Shown here: positions 31,506-52,677 of the stretch, piece by piece
Layout of the letters: the number at the start of each line of letters is the position of its first letter
Position numbering within the stretch: the first letter of the stretch is position 1
Assembly (NCBI RefSeq): GCF_009914755.1
Contig: NC_060925.1
Length of the DNA: 64,000 nucleotides
From: the human T2T-CHM13v2.0 reference genome, Homo sapiens
Direction: 5' to 3' (one strand)
Made by a program: the position numbers and the translations under genes
The notes under the pieces: model-generated
The model's input: only the letters and a program-made list of their open reading frames with translations
What the model was told of the DNA's origin: nothing
The model's database searches: none

Positions 31506-33920
31506 ACTTCAACCAAGTTGCTATATAAAATCCCACATGATCATTTCAATGTAACAACTCTGCAGGGAAAACCACAGCCACACTTAACATTCAACTACAG
31601 AAACATGGGGAGGTGGAGATACATGGAACCCAGGCATCCTCTTAAGATGCTGTCAGTGTGGAACTCTAGTCTGGTCAATCCCTTCAGTGGTTACACGCTG
31701 CATCCTATCCCTCCACCCCCACCCCCGTTAGGCTCTAATGTACACGGTCGGTAGAGGAGGGCTGGGAGGCACCCTCATCCACCATATCACAGGTTAAAGT
31801 ACTACACAGTTCCACGAAATGCCAAAAGAGTACTACCTGGCTCCCCCATCCCTCCCCCTGCCCCAATAAGGTGGCAGTTTTGAGTAGGGGTGAGTTCAAG
31901 ATAAATTCAGGCAAACTCACTACACAATCCTCAAATCAGCTCTTCAACTGAGACTTCTGACTGTTGGCTTTTGAGTAATTGTATCTTTTTTCCAATGGCA
32001 AATTTATGTTTATAACAGAAGAAAAAAATTATTTTTTTGCATTTTTTTGTAAAGTGTCTACTAGGTAACTCAAGTTATTAGTTCTCTTCACTCACAGCAA
32101 CTAAATGGTTGTAACATCAAAAGATCAGTCTAAGTAGGACCTAAAGCCCTACCTTTGCATTAATCATCATGATAAAGTGTATTCAATAAGCTTTGTGAAA
32201 ATATAAATCACAACTGAAAAATAAATGAGCCATACTACTTTCAGTTTCAGTCATACCTCATATAATTTAAAAATTATGATAGCCTTTCATATTCAATCTT
32301 TGCTCAGACTGACATAAATACACTTGAACTAGAAGCTGTGTTTTTTCCCATGGTGTCCTAAGAAATAAAATGGCACATGGATAAGGCCGTAGCTGGGCTC
32401 AGGACGCAGTGAAGAATGTGGCGTTTTGGTGGGGATGGCAGCAGTGGTAGAAAGTAGGTGGAAATCACGAAATCCAGCAAACAGATGTCATGAGAAGTAG
32501 ATTTTCTCCAACATCAGCTGGGACCTCCATGATGTTCCAGAAGTCTTGTTTCATCAACTACTTACCCTACAGCCTTCCACCTACGCTATTCTAAACCTTC
32601 ACCAGTCTCCTCACCCAGCCAGCTGACCCTGCTTCTGACCTCAGTGGGCTACTGAGACTTGGGATTCCTTAACTTTTTGATCTAACCAGTCACTTTCCAG
32701 CACCACCCTTCACGATCTCTCAGCTGGATGTGATGCTGCTGAACTCACCTCCTACTTGAAACTCTCTTGGTCCCTCCCACTGCAAGCCTCTCTTGTGGCT
32801 CTGCCCTCCCATTACTGTCTGCCACTGCTTCTTCACATTCCCGGCTTCACCACACCACCATGCAAGACTTACAGTCAGACCACCTTCCTCAACTCAGTCA
32901 ATTAACAGACATTTCCACCTGCAATACCTCTTCCTTCTCCCGGTTTTCTTAGCCGGCTTAATGGTGCCACTATCCACCATTAAAGCAAAAACAAAACAAA
33001 AGAAAACAAAACAACCAAAAAGCCAGTCATGATAAAATTCTGTTCTCTCTCTCCCTTACTTCAAAGAGGCCACCAACTCCTATTCTAAATGGGAATTCTC
33101 TCTCAACTTAAAAAAAAAAAAATGCGGCTAGTGCAACTCAACCATTTCTGCTACCCCATCTTGACTGTTTGCTATTTGACAGCACAAATTGCTTCTCGCT
33201 CTCTTTAGAGAAGTGGTCTGGCTATATTGCCCAGGCTGGTCTCCATCCTCTGGGCTCATGATCCTCCCAGCTCAGCCTCCCAGGTAGCTAGGATTACAGG
33301 TGTATGCCACTATGCCCGACTCTACAAATCACTTCTCAACTGGACTATTCCAATATTCTTCCACCTTTAGGCCCTCCTCATATGGCCCTTTGAAAAGCAG
33401 CCAAAGTACATGACAAATCTAATGATGTTACAACCAAGCCTAAATCACCCCAACCCTCATGCAGGTTGTCCCCTCTTGCCATCACTCTTCCTCAGTTCCC
33501 CTAAACAGATGGAGAGTTCCCTGAGGACAGGGCTTATCTTTGAAACTCATCATAAAAATAACGTGAGTGCTATCTAGCTTCTTGGAATTCTTGAGAGTTT
33601 ATTTTAAGCTCGTGATCTTTTTGAATTTCTACTTTAATACTGTTTTACAGCACAGAAAAACTGCTTTTCTATACAAAATCTTATTAACATGGAAGAGTGT
33701 GGCACAATCTACAGAATGGCTCTCTACATTACTTACTATGCTTGACTACATAAAGAAAACTTTCACAAATGCTCTATTTGCAAACACCACTGCAGACAGA
33801 AATAGGATGTCCTGTTCTCAAAATAAGGGATAAGACGTTTTCCCATGCTTATCACTGTTCCTGAAACTGAATTCAAATGCAGTACATGAGGATTTGAAGA
33901 CGCTTCATTAAAACATTTAT

Positions 33921-33942
33921 GTGTGTGTGTGTGTGTGTGTGT
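33921..33942. repeat. (GT)11 microsatellite
   Basis: Direct reading. Confidence 0.95.
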
Positions 33943-33981
33943 CTCAAAGTGGATGGAATGATCTTCAATTTTTCATTCCAG

Positions 33982-34180
33982 AGCAGTACTGTCCAAGAGG
34001 ACTTTTGGCAAACGACGGAGGTGTTGTAAGTCTGCACTGTTCACAACAGTAGTCACTGGCCACACAGGGCAATTGGGCAATGAAAATATGACTAGTGCAA
34101 CTAAGGAACTGAATTGTTTTAACTAATTTTAATTTAAGTAGTCATAAGTGGCCAATGATTACTGTATTGGACAACAGAGT
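33982..34180. mobile_element. MER3-like hAT MITE
   Basis: TACTGTCCAA ... TTGGACAACA termini; ACTAAGGAACTGAATT...TTTAAGTAGTCATAAGTGGC core. Confidence 0.7.
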
Positions 34181-34967
34181 TCTACAGAATGACATTACCT
34201 GGTGAAACTAATGCATCAGCATCTTGGCTTAAAAAAGTTAATTCACAAAGTTTTGCATAACACTTCTGCTTACTAATGACAAAGTCTCCAAAAGTTAGTA
34301 TTTTGTTTTAAAAACACAGCTACCTTTTATTATTGCCAAACCTTGTGAAGTTATTAACATACCCATCCACCTTGATACACCTTACTGGGAGGATATCTTC
34401 TTTGACTACTAAACAATTATAAATGGAAGTATTTTATAGTGTTTTCTAAACACTGACAATATACAACACTCTTCAAATCTTCTGTAAATTAAAAAATAGG
34501 AAGGAAAAAGACAATTTGCTTCAGCGGAGAAACAGCAGCTAATTTCTTTCTGTAAAATGTCCAACTAAAAGGTAAGCCCAAACCTATGACTACCTTACCA
34601 TACCAATAAGAAAATTAAAAAGAAAACATTTTAGTCAACTTTAATTTAAAAAAAGAGAAACTCTGAGGGTTACAGATGAAAATCAAATGTCTAACTATAA
34701 TCTCTATTAATTTACACATATCTAAAATATATAAGGCAATATATTAATTCACTAAAGAAATTCACTCCAACTGTTCATGAATATCTTAAACACCAGTGTC
34801 TGTGATGAATTAAGCCACTATGAATCATCAAATTCCATTTCCAGAGCACTTTACCTTTCCCATCTACTAAATCAGTTACAATAAAGCACGTCTTAAATCC
34901 ATATACTCCTGCTGGAAATCTCAACCCAAGCCATCAATGCCTGTTCGGGTGAGCAGAACTTCTTTTC

Positions 34968-34977
34968 ATTCATCATC

Positions 34978-35019
<42 letters not shown>

Positions 35020-35070
35020 ACAGATAGATATATATAGATATACAGATATGTGTGTGTATATATATTATAC
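34968..35070. repeat. (CAT)n-(TCTA)10 tetranucleotide STR with AT-rich flank
   Basis: TCTA x10 at 34979-35018. Confidence 0.95.
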
Positions 35071-35574
35071 ATACATTATGTTTTGCATTTAACACTTGCA
35101 CTTTGTGATACCCCCCACCCCCATCAGGAAGAATGACTTAATGACTGAATCTTTCCTATTTTTTTGTTTCACTTATTTGGTAAGATTGAATAAATATCCC
35201 AAACTAGCACCAGCTGAGGTTGCTCCAGTTGTTCCAGCCCATTATGTCCTTCCCAAACAGCACCTTGTTGTTCAAAATAGACTGAGAAAGAGTGCCCTGT
35301 AACAGGGGAGCCCCAAACATGAGACTTTTGGGGGAAAACCTTGCTTGTGATCAAGCATATACAATACATACTTGAAGATAATTTTTAAGAGGGAAGGCTG
35401 CCTGGTTTCTTCATGCTTTCTGTAAGTGCTGTCTAAGCTTTGAGATTTGGAATAAAATGCCCAACTCTACTACCATTTTCCTTTTGAAATCACGGGCAGA
35501 TAGGGAACTGCCAAGACTTTATCTTAATAAAAAATAAAAGTAAAATAAAATAAAAATAAAAGTCTTTCTTTTTA

Positions 35575-36298
<724 letters not shown>

Positions 36299-36639
36299 CT
36301 ACTGTGTCATTTCCAGGTTGCTCTAATCTGCCTGTTTACCTCACTGGACCAATCCTTGGTTCTTCTTACTCTACTGGTGGGTCCCACTCCACCTTCTCCC
36401 CTCAGGGGCCCTCCAGTAGTTGGAGGCACTGCCACACTGGCACTACAACCTGGTTTGGCTAAATCCCACCCGCACTTCGCAGCTCAGCTTAGCCATGTCT
36501 TCCTCCCAAAAGCTTCCTTGATCACAATCCCTTCCACACACGAACCCAGGAACAAATCTGTCACAGAACTTACCCTATTCTTGTCTGTTTCATACACTAC
36601 CACTACGAATACTTAACACTGAGCATACTCGACGCTAAG

Positions 36640-37700
36640 ACACTTAGAGCACTTAAAATTAAGTGCTTTACATAGACTGCCTTCTTTAAGCTCACAACAA
36701 ACCTATGAGGTAGGTAACGTTCTTCAGATGGGAAAGCTGAGGCGCAAAGAAGTTACACAGTGCCAGGATGGGAACTCAGGACACCTGGCTGAAGGGTCTG
36801 AGCTCTCACCTTCTACAGCATCTTGCTGCTCAAAGGATTCTACATGTGACCAGGGGCTTCCTGAGGGAGCACAACAATGAATGCTTACTAGAAGCTTGCT
36901 GAGAGAATGATCAGAACACTTACTACCTGAGAAGCCACCAGTCACATACAAGACAGGCTGGAAACGTGACTTCTAGTACTGTCCACTGAGTAATACTGGT
37001 TTAACAGATGACCCCTAGAGCTCCCTTCCAGCAAAACAAATTAGCAGAAACAAAACCCCCTTTCTTTCCCCAGAGATGTCCTTCACAGGTGCTAATATAT
37101 TGCTTGCAAAACCAAAAACCAGTTACTGAGTAGTTAAGTGAGGCCTTTACCTAGTTTCACAGTGACAGAAGCTCACATAAGCCTCACATTTACAGGCAGG
37201 AGCAACAAAACTATTCCAAGATACACTAATTTAATTTGTTGTTGATGACAAAGAAAAATACTCAAAACAAGCCCACCTTTTAATTTTCTAGCTTAGCGCT
37301 GATTTTAAAGGCAGGAAGAATTTACGATTCATTAAAAAATTAGCATATATTCCATTTAACGCAAAAACTTAGGACTACAGGGAACCTAGAAGGTATTTTG
37401 CCAAAAAGGAAACGATAATAGCTAACATTTAGCTATTTTCATACACATCATTCTTTTTCTGGGTACCTTTAAAAAGGTCGTTTTTTGGGAGGCTGAGGCG
37501 GGAGGACTGCTTGAGCCCAGGCCTGGGCAACATAGAGGCACCCTGTCTCTTAAAGATAAAAAAAATCCACGTTTAAGTTATTCCTTATCATCGCATTTTA
37601 TAGATGAGGAAACTACAGTTCAGAGAGGTTATGCAGATGGCTACATGGTTTCCATCCTAGGTCTACTGTCACCAAGCTCTATCCACTACATTATGCTGTT
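36640..37700 (-). mobile_element. MIR fragments (36640-36830, 37570-37700) and a short Alu fragment (37485-37565, plus strand)
   Basis: CAGATGGGAAAGCTGAGGC and TTTTATAGATGAGGAAACT MIR cores. Confidence 0.7.
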
Positions 37701-38834
37701 CCAAAGTTTAAAGATGTGGCCAGATGCATTTAACCTATTAAGCACAAAACTCCCTTTCCTACTCCCCCTTCCAAGTAGAGCTGTGACCAGGAACTGGGGC
37801 ACAGCCTCCGTGTCCTCCCCTACATCCCCAACTCAGGTGTTGGCACACTTGAATCGCCTGATATAAGACACGCTCCGCACTTAATGTTCCTCTCAGCACA
37901 GCTCCCAACTGCTTGTTAGCAGGAGTCACCATTCCGAGATTCCAATCTGCAAGGTCAGTTTAGGTACAGTAATTTAAGACAGACACTGCATGGGACTGGC
38001 ACTTACCTTCTGATCCCAGAACCACAAAGACTGCGAGATCCGCATTACAACGACTTTCACAACTGATGGGAGAACTGCATGTAGCGTTCCTGCACTCCAC
38101 TTCCGCTAAGTCTAAAATGACACCACTGTTTCTAACCATCCACTCACTTCGGACCAACGCCTTATCGAATACATTTTCAAAAGCCTGGCAGCTTCGCGAG
38201 CTGGAGGTGGTGAACCCGTCCCACACCATGGGCGCACCAACCTTACCTTGCTGTCATGAGGCAACGAGCCCCGAGAGACACCCTTGCAGGTAAGCACTCT
38301 CCTGCAGCAGCTAGTCTAACTCTGGCTCCCCCGTGTCACACGCGGAGATCGACTCCACACCCACCCACGCACGATCACCATGTGCAAAGTTGAATCCCGA
38401 CTTCGCCGCAAAGACATTTCCTTTTCCCCTACATGCAAAGGAGCTGTGGAGCCGTGCTCCCTGCTTGGCTGTCGGGCACTGGGATACCTTCCCCGCGGGC
38501 GCCCGCCACCTCCTCCCCGAGCCCGGCATCCAACCCGCAGGACCCACCCCTGCGCAGGAACGCGACGCCAGTCCAGGTGTAGCCGCCGACTGCAGGCCAC
38601 GCCGCCGGCCGCAGCCCGGGACTCGGGAGGCCGAGGGCGGAGGCGCGGCCGTCGCGCCCGCGCAGAGCCGCCCGCCGCCCCCCAGCCCCGCCTCCCGCGC
38701 CCCACCCCCACCGCCCGCCGGCGGGAGCCAAGGCGCGCCCCGCCGAGGCCCCACCGCCCCGGCCCCCGCCCGCCCGCGCGCGCGCGCGCCTCGCGACCCT
38801 CCCGGCCCTCCCCGCCCGTGCTCCCGGCACTCAC

Positions 38835-39020
38835 TGAACATCCCAGGCGGCTCCGGCTCCCCCCGCCGCCGCCGCCTCCGGGATCGGGTTGCTTCCGCCT
38901 CCGTCGTCTCTGCCGCAGGGTCTCACTCCGACGGCCGGCTCAGCTGGGCCCCCGCGCCCCGCGCCCCGCCGCCCCCGCCGCCGCTCTGGGCGGCCGCTCC
39001 ATGACTGACTGACACGGAGC
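38835..39020 (-). other. TAF5L: TAF5L non-coding exon 1 (TSS approximate)
   Basis: Consensus donor TTCA|GTGAGT at 38835/38834 within the CpG island. Confidence 0.8.
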
Positions 39021-39189
39021 GGGCCGCGGGCTGGGCCGCTCGGGCCTCCAACGCGCAACCGTCTCCGCCAATGGGCGAGGCGCCTCGGCGCTCGGCTGGC
39101 GACGCCTGGCGTGCGTGCAGCCCCTCCCCGCTGCGCCGCCGGCGTCCGGCGGAAGGAGCGCGGGTACCGGTCCCACGTGGTGGGGACGC

Positions 39190-39306
39190 GGGACCCGTAC
39201 AGCGGCCTCCGCCGCACCGGGACAGCAGCCGCCGCCGCTGCCGCCGTCCTCCCCTGACTACCCGGAGCTGTCTCGAGCTGAGCCCCCTACCGGGCCGGAT
39301 CCCGAG
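39190..39306 (+). other. URB2: URB2 non-coding exon 1 (TSS approximate)
   Basis: Consensus donor GAG|GTGAGT at 39306/39307; no ATG in the exon. Confidence 0.8.
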
Positions 39307-40574
39307 GTGAGTCCCCCACCTGCGGTCAGCCCCTGCGGGCAGCCAGGTCCCGAGGTGAGTCCCCCCACCCGGGGCTGGTCCAGAGGAGATCCCCCTACCT
39401 AAGGCCGGGCCCAGATGGGGGGCCCCCCAACCCTGCCCAGTTCCGGTGCCGCCAGCAGACTCTGGGCTGGAGCGGCTTGGGCACGCTCCATTCGCGAAGG
39501 CGAACTCCCTCCTGGCTCCTAGCTGCTCTCCCCTGGTTCTTGTTGCTTGGTCTCTTTCTGCTGGGCAGGGAGTGCTGGCAGGGCTGTGCTGTCCGCCCTG
39601 GACTTCGCATTGCCCGGTAAGGGCGGTTGGAGGCCCGGAGAGCCGAACTCTGGCGGAGCCGGGGAGAGCATCTCGGTTGTCTTTGTAGCCAGTTCAGCAA
39701 ACACCTGTTATGCACTTTGTAGCTGTCGCGATGGCGGTTCTATGGTATTGAACTTAGAAAGTCAGGCATCGTTGAATTCGTTTTGGACATTTTGACAAAA
39801 TAGGAAAACTGACAGCACTTGACGTTCTTGTTCTCTGCAGTAGAGTGAAGGATAACTTAATTTCTAAAATGAAAACGTCTTAACGTTCCTTTTTACTATA
39901 ACTTTTAGGAAACTCAAAGCCAAGTTTACCCAGTTTAATAGTAACTGTAGGTGTTTGGTATGTTTGCTACCCCCGAGATTTCATGGTTTTTTGTTTTCTA
40001 TTTTTAGTCTTTTCCTTGTGCAAGTATCTCTTGTAGAGTCTTTTTTGAAGTGTATGTGCGTTGTAAATTTATACACGACTGAATAAAAGTGTTAGTGGAA
40101 GGTTACTGTTGCAGCTGAAATAACTGTATTCCTTTGGGGTTTTCTTTTTCACTTGGAGACATATTACTTTCTCCGGATATTGCTTATGTATCTTTTCCTC
40201 TTTCAATTTGAAACCATGTATGAATGACTCTTTCCACAAGTAATGTAATCACTGATTTTGGCCTTGTTGAATTCCTGAACACTCACCTTTGTGGAAGTGA
40301 TGTTTGATCATAGCTGGAATACATATAGTCCATCTTCTGTGTGTGCAGTCCATCTTTTGCTTGCTTTTGTCTGAATTTCCCCCAGAAAATTCTGGAGTCA
40401 AGCATCTTGTATGTAGATTTACCCCGACAAATCTGTTGATTCATTAAAAACTTTTAAAAGAATACATATTAGGTAAACAAGATACAGTACTGCAATACTG
40501 TTGGTTTTCTGGTGCCTGCTCAGTCTGACATTGTTATAGTATTTTTTTTCCCATTGTTTTTAAATTTTAGATAA

Positions 40575-40721
<147 letters not shown>

Positions 40722-40919
40722 TGAAACTCATATTTTTACAGTCTGTCAAGATAATTATCACTTTTATAATTTGGATATTGACAATTGGTTAAAATAAAAA
40801 AATAGAGAAAAAGTTGGGGAGGGAACTTTGTTGGAAGTTAAATGTAATGTCAATGAAAAAAGTAATGAGTCAGGTACTTCATTAATACATTTTTTTTTTC
40901 TGTTAAAAAACCTCATTTA

Positions 40920-41415
<496 letters not shown>

Positions 41416-42389
41416 TGAACCCACCGAATTTAGCATTTCTTTTGTTTGGAGACATTATATTACAAACTAAGTATATGCATTAATGAACACATTGGGAATT
41501 AAGTTACAGAAGTTAGGTTCTGAAAGTCCATTGATAGCTGCATTTGCTTATAAATCCAAAGTGATGTTTCTTAAACTGTTGGTTGGTGGTGCTTTGTTAA
41601 AAGTCTTCCGCATTGGATAAATTGAAGGTTGGGAAGTAGAGAAATGTTAGTATTTGTATAAAGCCATTTTAGAAATGGGCTAGGTACCAAGAAAGGCATT
41701 GCATTTTGTTAGAATTTCTCAGGCTTTTTAGGCTAAAAATTAGTTGGCATGATAAACACCAGGATGACAAGCTCATGAAATTGGATTAATACACATCCAG
41801 TTGCTGTTGTCAAGGAAGACAGCACAAAATGCTTCCAAGATGGATGACATATGTAAAGCGATGATGACGTGTGGTGTGGAGAGCAGCGGTCATATCCAGT
41901 GCTTTCTACACCTGGCTGCACTTGGGAGTCATCTTGGCAGCGTGGCCATCACCTGGCAGGTGCTGCCCAGGGTGAAACAAAGGGGAGGCTCTAGCAGCCA
42001 ATTGGATCAAGGTTTCTGCTGTTGTTATACTGAGAGATTTTATTCCTTCTGGCATCTGTCACTATTCATACTGTTATTGACAGTTCTGGGATTGTGAGCT
42101 TTCTTCAATGTTTTGTGAAGAGGAAACATGACACGTAATGGAACCTGTATAGATAGGCACAGTCCTCCTTTTCATAAAGCACTTGTATGATTTCATATCA
42201 ACTGTGTCTGTCTCCCAGATGATGTATAAATATTAGTAGTATTAGAGGTTAAGCTGTAGGTAATGTGGGGGAAGCCAGGACACAAATCCCAGACTTTCAA
42301 CTCTTAACTTACTTTTTTGCTTCGTGTGTCTGATACATTCTGTGGTCATTCTGAGCAGTCTTTGTATTTCTAACTTTTAGAACTTAGTA

Positions 42390-44962
<2,573 letters not shown>

Positions 44963-45115
44963 TATAACCTCAAAAAACGGGTTAAGACGTGTTAGTTTCA
45001 CCTGAAACTTTTAATTTGCCCTAGCTGAAGACAAATTTGTTGTTTTCCTGTTCTTATCCTTTAATAATAAACATTTTAAAATACCAGAACACGTAAGTAA
45101 TATTATCAAAGGTAA

Positions 45116-45481
<366 letters not shown>

Positions 45482-46270
45482 TAATGCTGGAAACTTGTTT
45501 TAGTGTCAATTGTATGAAGATATAGGAAATATTAAGGTAGGAGAAAAAGGATGTAATATTATTGGAATTAAAATAGTAACTATTGAATGTGTATCATATG
45601 CTCTAAGCATTTTGTTATTTAATATTCAAAAAAAGCTTGGAACGATTTCATAAACAGGTCATTGATTACCTTTTTAATTGGAAAAGGTAGCTAGCAAATT
45701 ATGCTTCTCTGATTTGTTTTTCTTCTTCTTCACCTTTCTTTTGGGCTAGAGGGAGATCAAAGGCCAAAATCCGGACAGGAATTTCCTCAAAGGTTTTTTT
45801 TTTTTTTTTTTTGCCACTACGGCCTTCGAGCCACAAGTGCCACTAGTGGCTTGGCCGGCAACCCGGGGCCACCTCAGTTTTTGACTGAAAGTGATTTTGA
45901 AGTCTCAGATCAGAAGTAGGAACTTCATTGTCAAAACTGAGTGTGTTTAAATACCATGAGAATAGCTAGATACAATAAAAACTACTACTAGTGAGCACTT
46001 CATGTGTGCCAGGCTCAAAGAAGTTTAACTTTCCTAAAGTCACATGGCTAGTTAGTGGCACAGCTGGGATTTGAACCTCACTCTGCCTGAGTGTAAATCC
46101 TGGGCTATGAAGCCATAACACTGCCTCACCCTCATGAGTGTGCGGGCTGAGAGAAAATCGTTAGAGGCTAGTAACGGAGGGGAACGAAGGTTGAGCTGCC
46201 CAATGGCGCATAGGGCTTAATGGTTCTTGAGATTGTGTTCCAAACTGGGTCACTTTTTAAAATAATAAAC

Positions 46271-46509
46271 CAGTGGTCACCAAAGTGGCTTATTTCAAAG
46301 GATCTTTTGGAATATGGGAAGAAAATCTTAGAATGTCTCCTTGTTTAAAAAGCCATACTTAAATTTTATTTTTATGTATGCTTCATAATTATATAAAATG
46401 TTAGTGCTGCAGCATATGTGCATAATTTATAAATAAATTACACTTATTGAATATAAATGCAGGAAAAATCGATGAGTTGTATCATCATCAAAAATTTGGA
46501 GATCACTGT
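46271..46509. mobile_element. Old hAT-type MITE
   Basis: TIR-like CAGTGGTCACCAAA ... TTTGGAGATCACTG. Confidence 0.55.
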
Positions 46510-46804
46510 AATAGTGCATTGACATTTAAGGATTTCTCATCTTTGTTACAGCGTTTCCAGAGTAACTTTAAAAGCCAGCAATTACTTGAATAGAAATTAT
46601 AATACCTATCTCATTAGGGCACTGATAACTTAGCACCTGGGATAGGTTTGGTTCTCAGATTCCATAAGGCTGGGAGCAAGTAACTTAACCTGTGACTGAA
46701 TTATAGAATCTGCCTGATTCTCATAATTTCTGGTGTTTGTGAATTTTGGAATTTTGAGAGCAGTAGACAATAGATTTGCTGTATAATAAGCAGTAGCAAC
46801 ATAA

Positions 46805-47552
<748 letters not shown>

Positions 47553-47819
47553 TAAGCTCAATTGCAGGTTTAGGATCTAAGAGAAAGTGACATTTGGCAT
47601 TTAAGCCCTTTAAAACCCAGCTTTAAAAAAAGGGACAGCAAATTTACAAAGGCACGGATCCTTTTCTAGATTTGCATTGGTAGAAGATGGATGGGTGGAG
47701 GAATTGAAACAGATGCTTTGCCTTATTTTGATGCACTAAGCTTATGTCAGGTTCATTGAAATATGGTAATCTGGGCATTTCTTTCTTACCAAGATGAGGG
47801 AAAGGGGTGAGTTTGTTGA

Positions 47820-51308
<3,489 letters not shown>

Positions 51309-51344
51309 TGAACACGTGATGTGTTCAAAAGGTACCACATGTGC

Positions 51345-52677
<1,333 letters not shown>

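Larger units (their letters stand above)
38330..39730. promoter_or_regulatory. CpG island, TATA-less bidirectional promoter shared by TAF5L and URB2
   Basis: Very high GC and CpG density; CCAAT 39068-39072, ETS-like CGGAAG 39150-39155, E-box CCACGTGG 39173-39180, GC boxes; first-exon donors point in opposite directions. Confidence 0.95.

Noticed and set aside
31242-31754. 170-aa ORF
   Set aside because: Non-ATG start, spans the 80-bp duplication (same DNA read in two frames), no recognisable protein features
38311-39795. Many overlapping 100-220 aa Pro/Arg/Gly/Ala-rich ORFs
   Set aside because: Expected from stop-codon scarcity in a CpG island; they cross splice donors and show no domain signal
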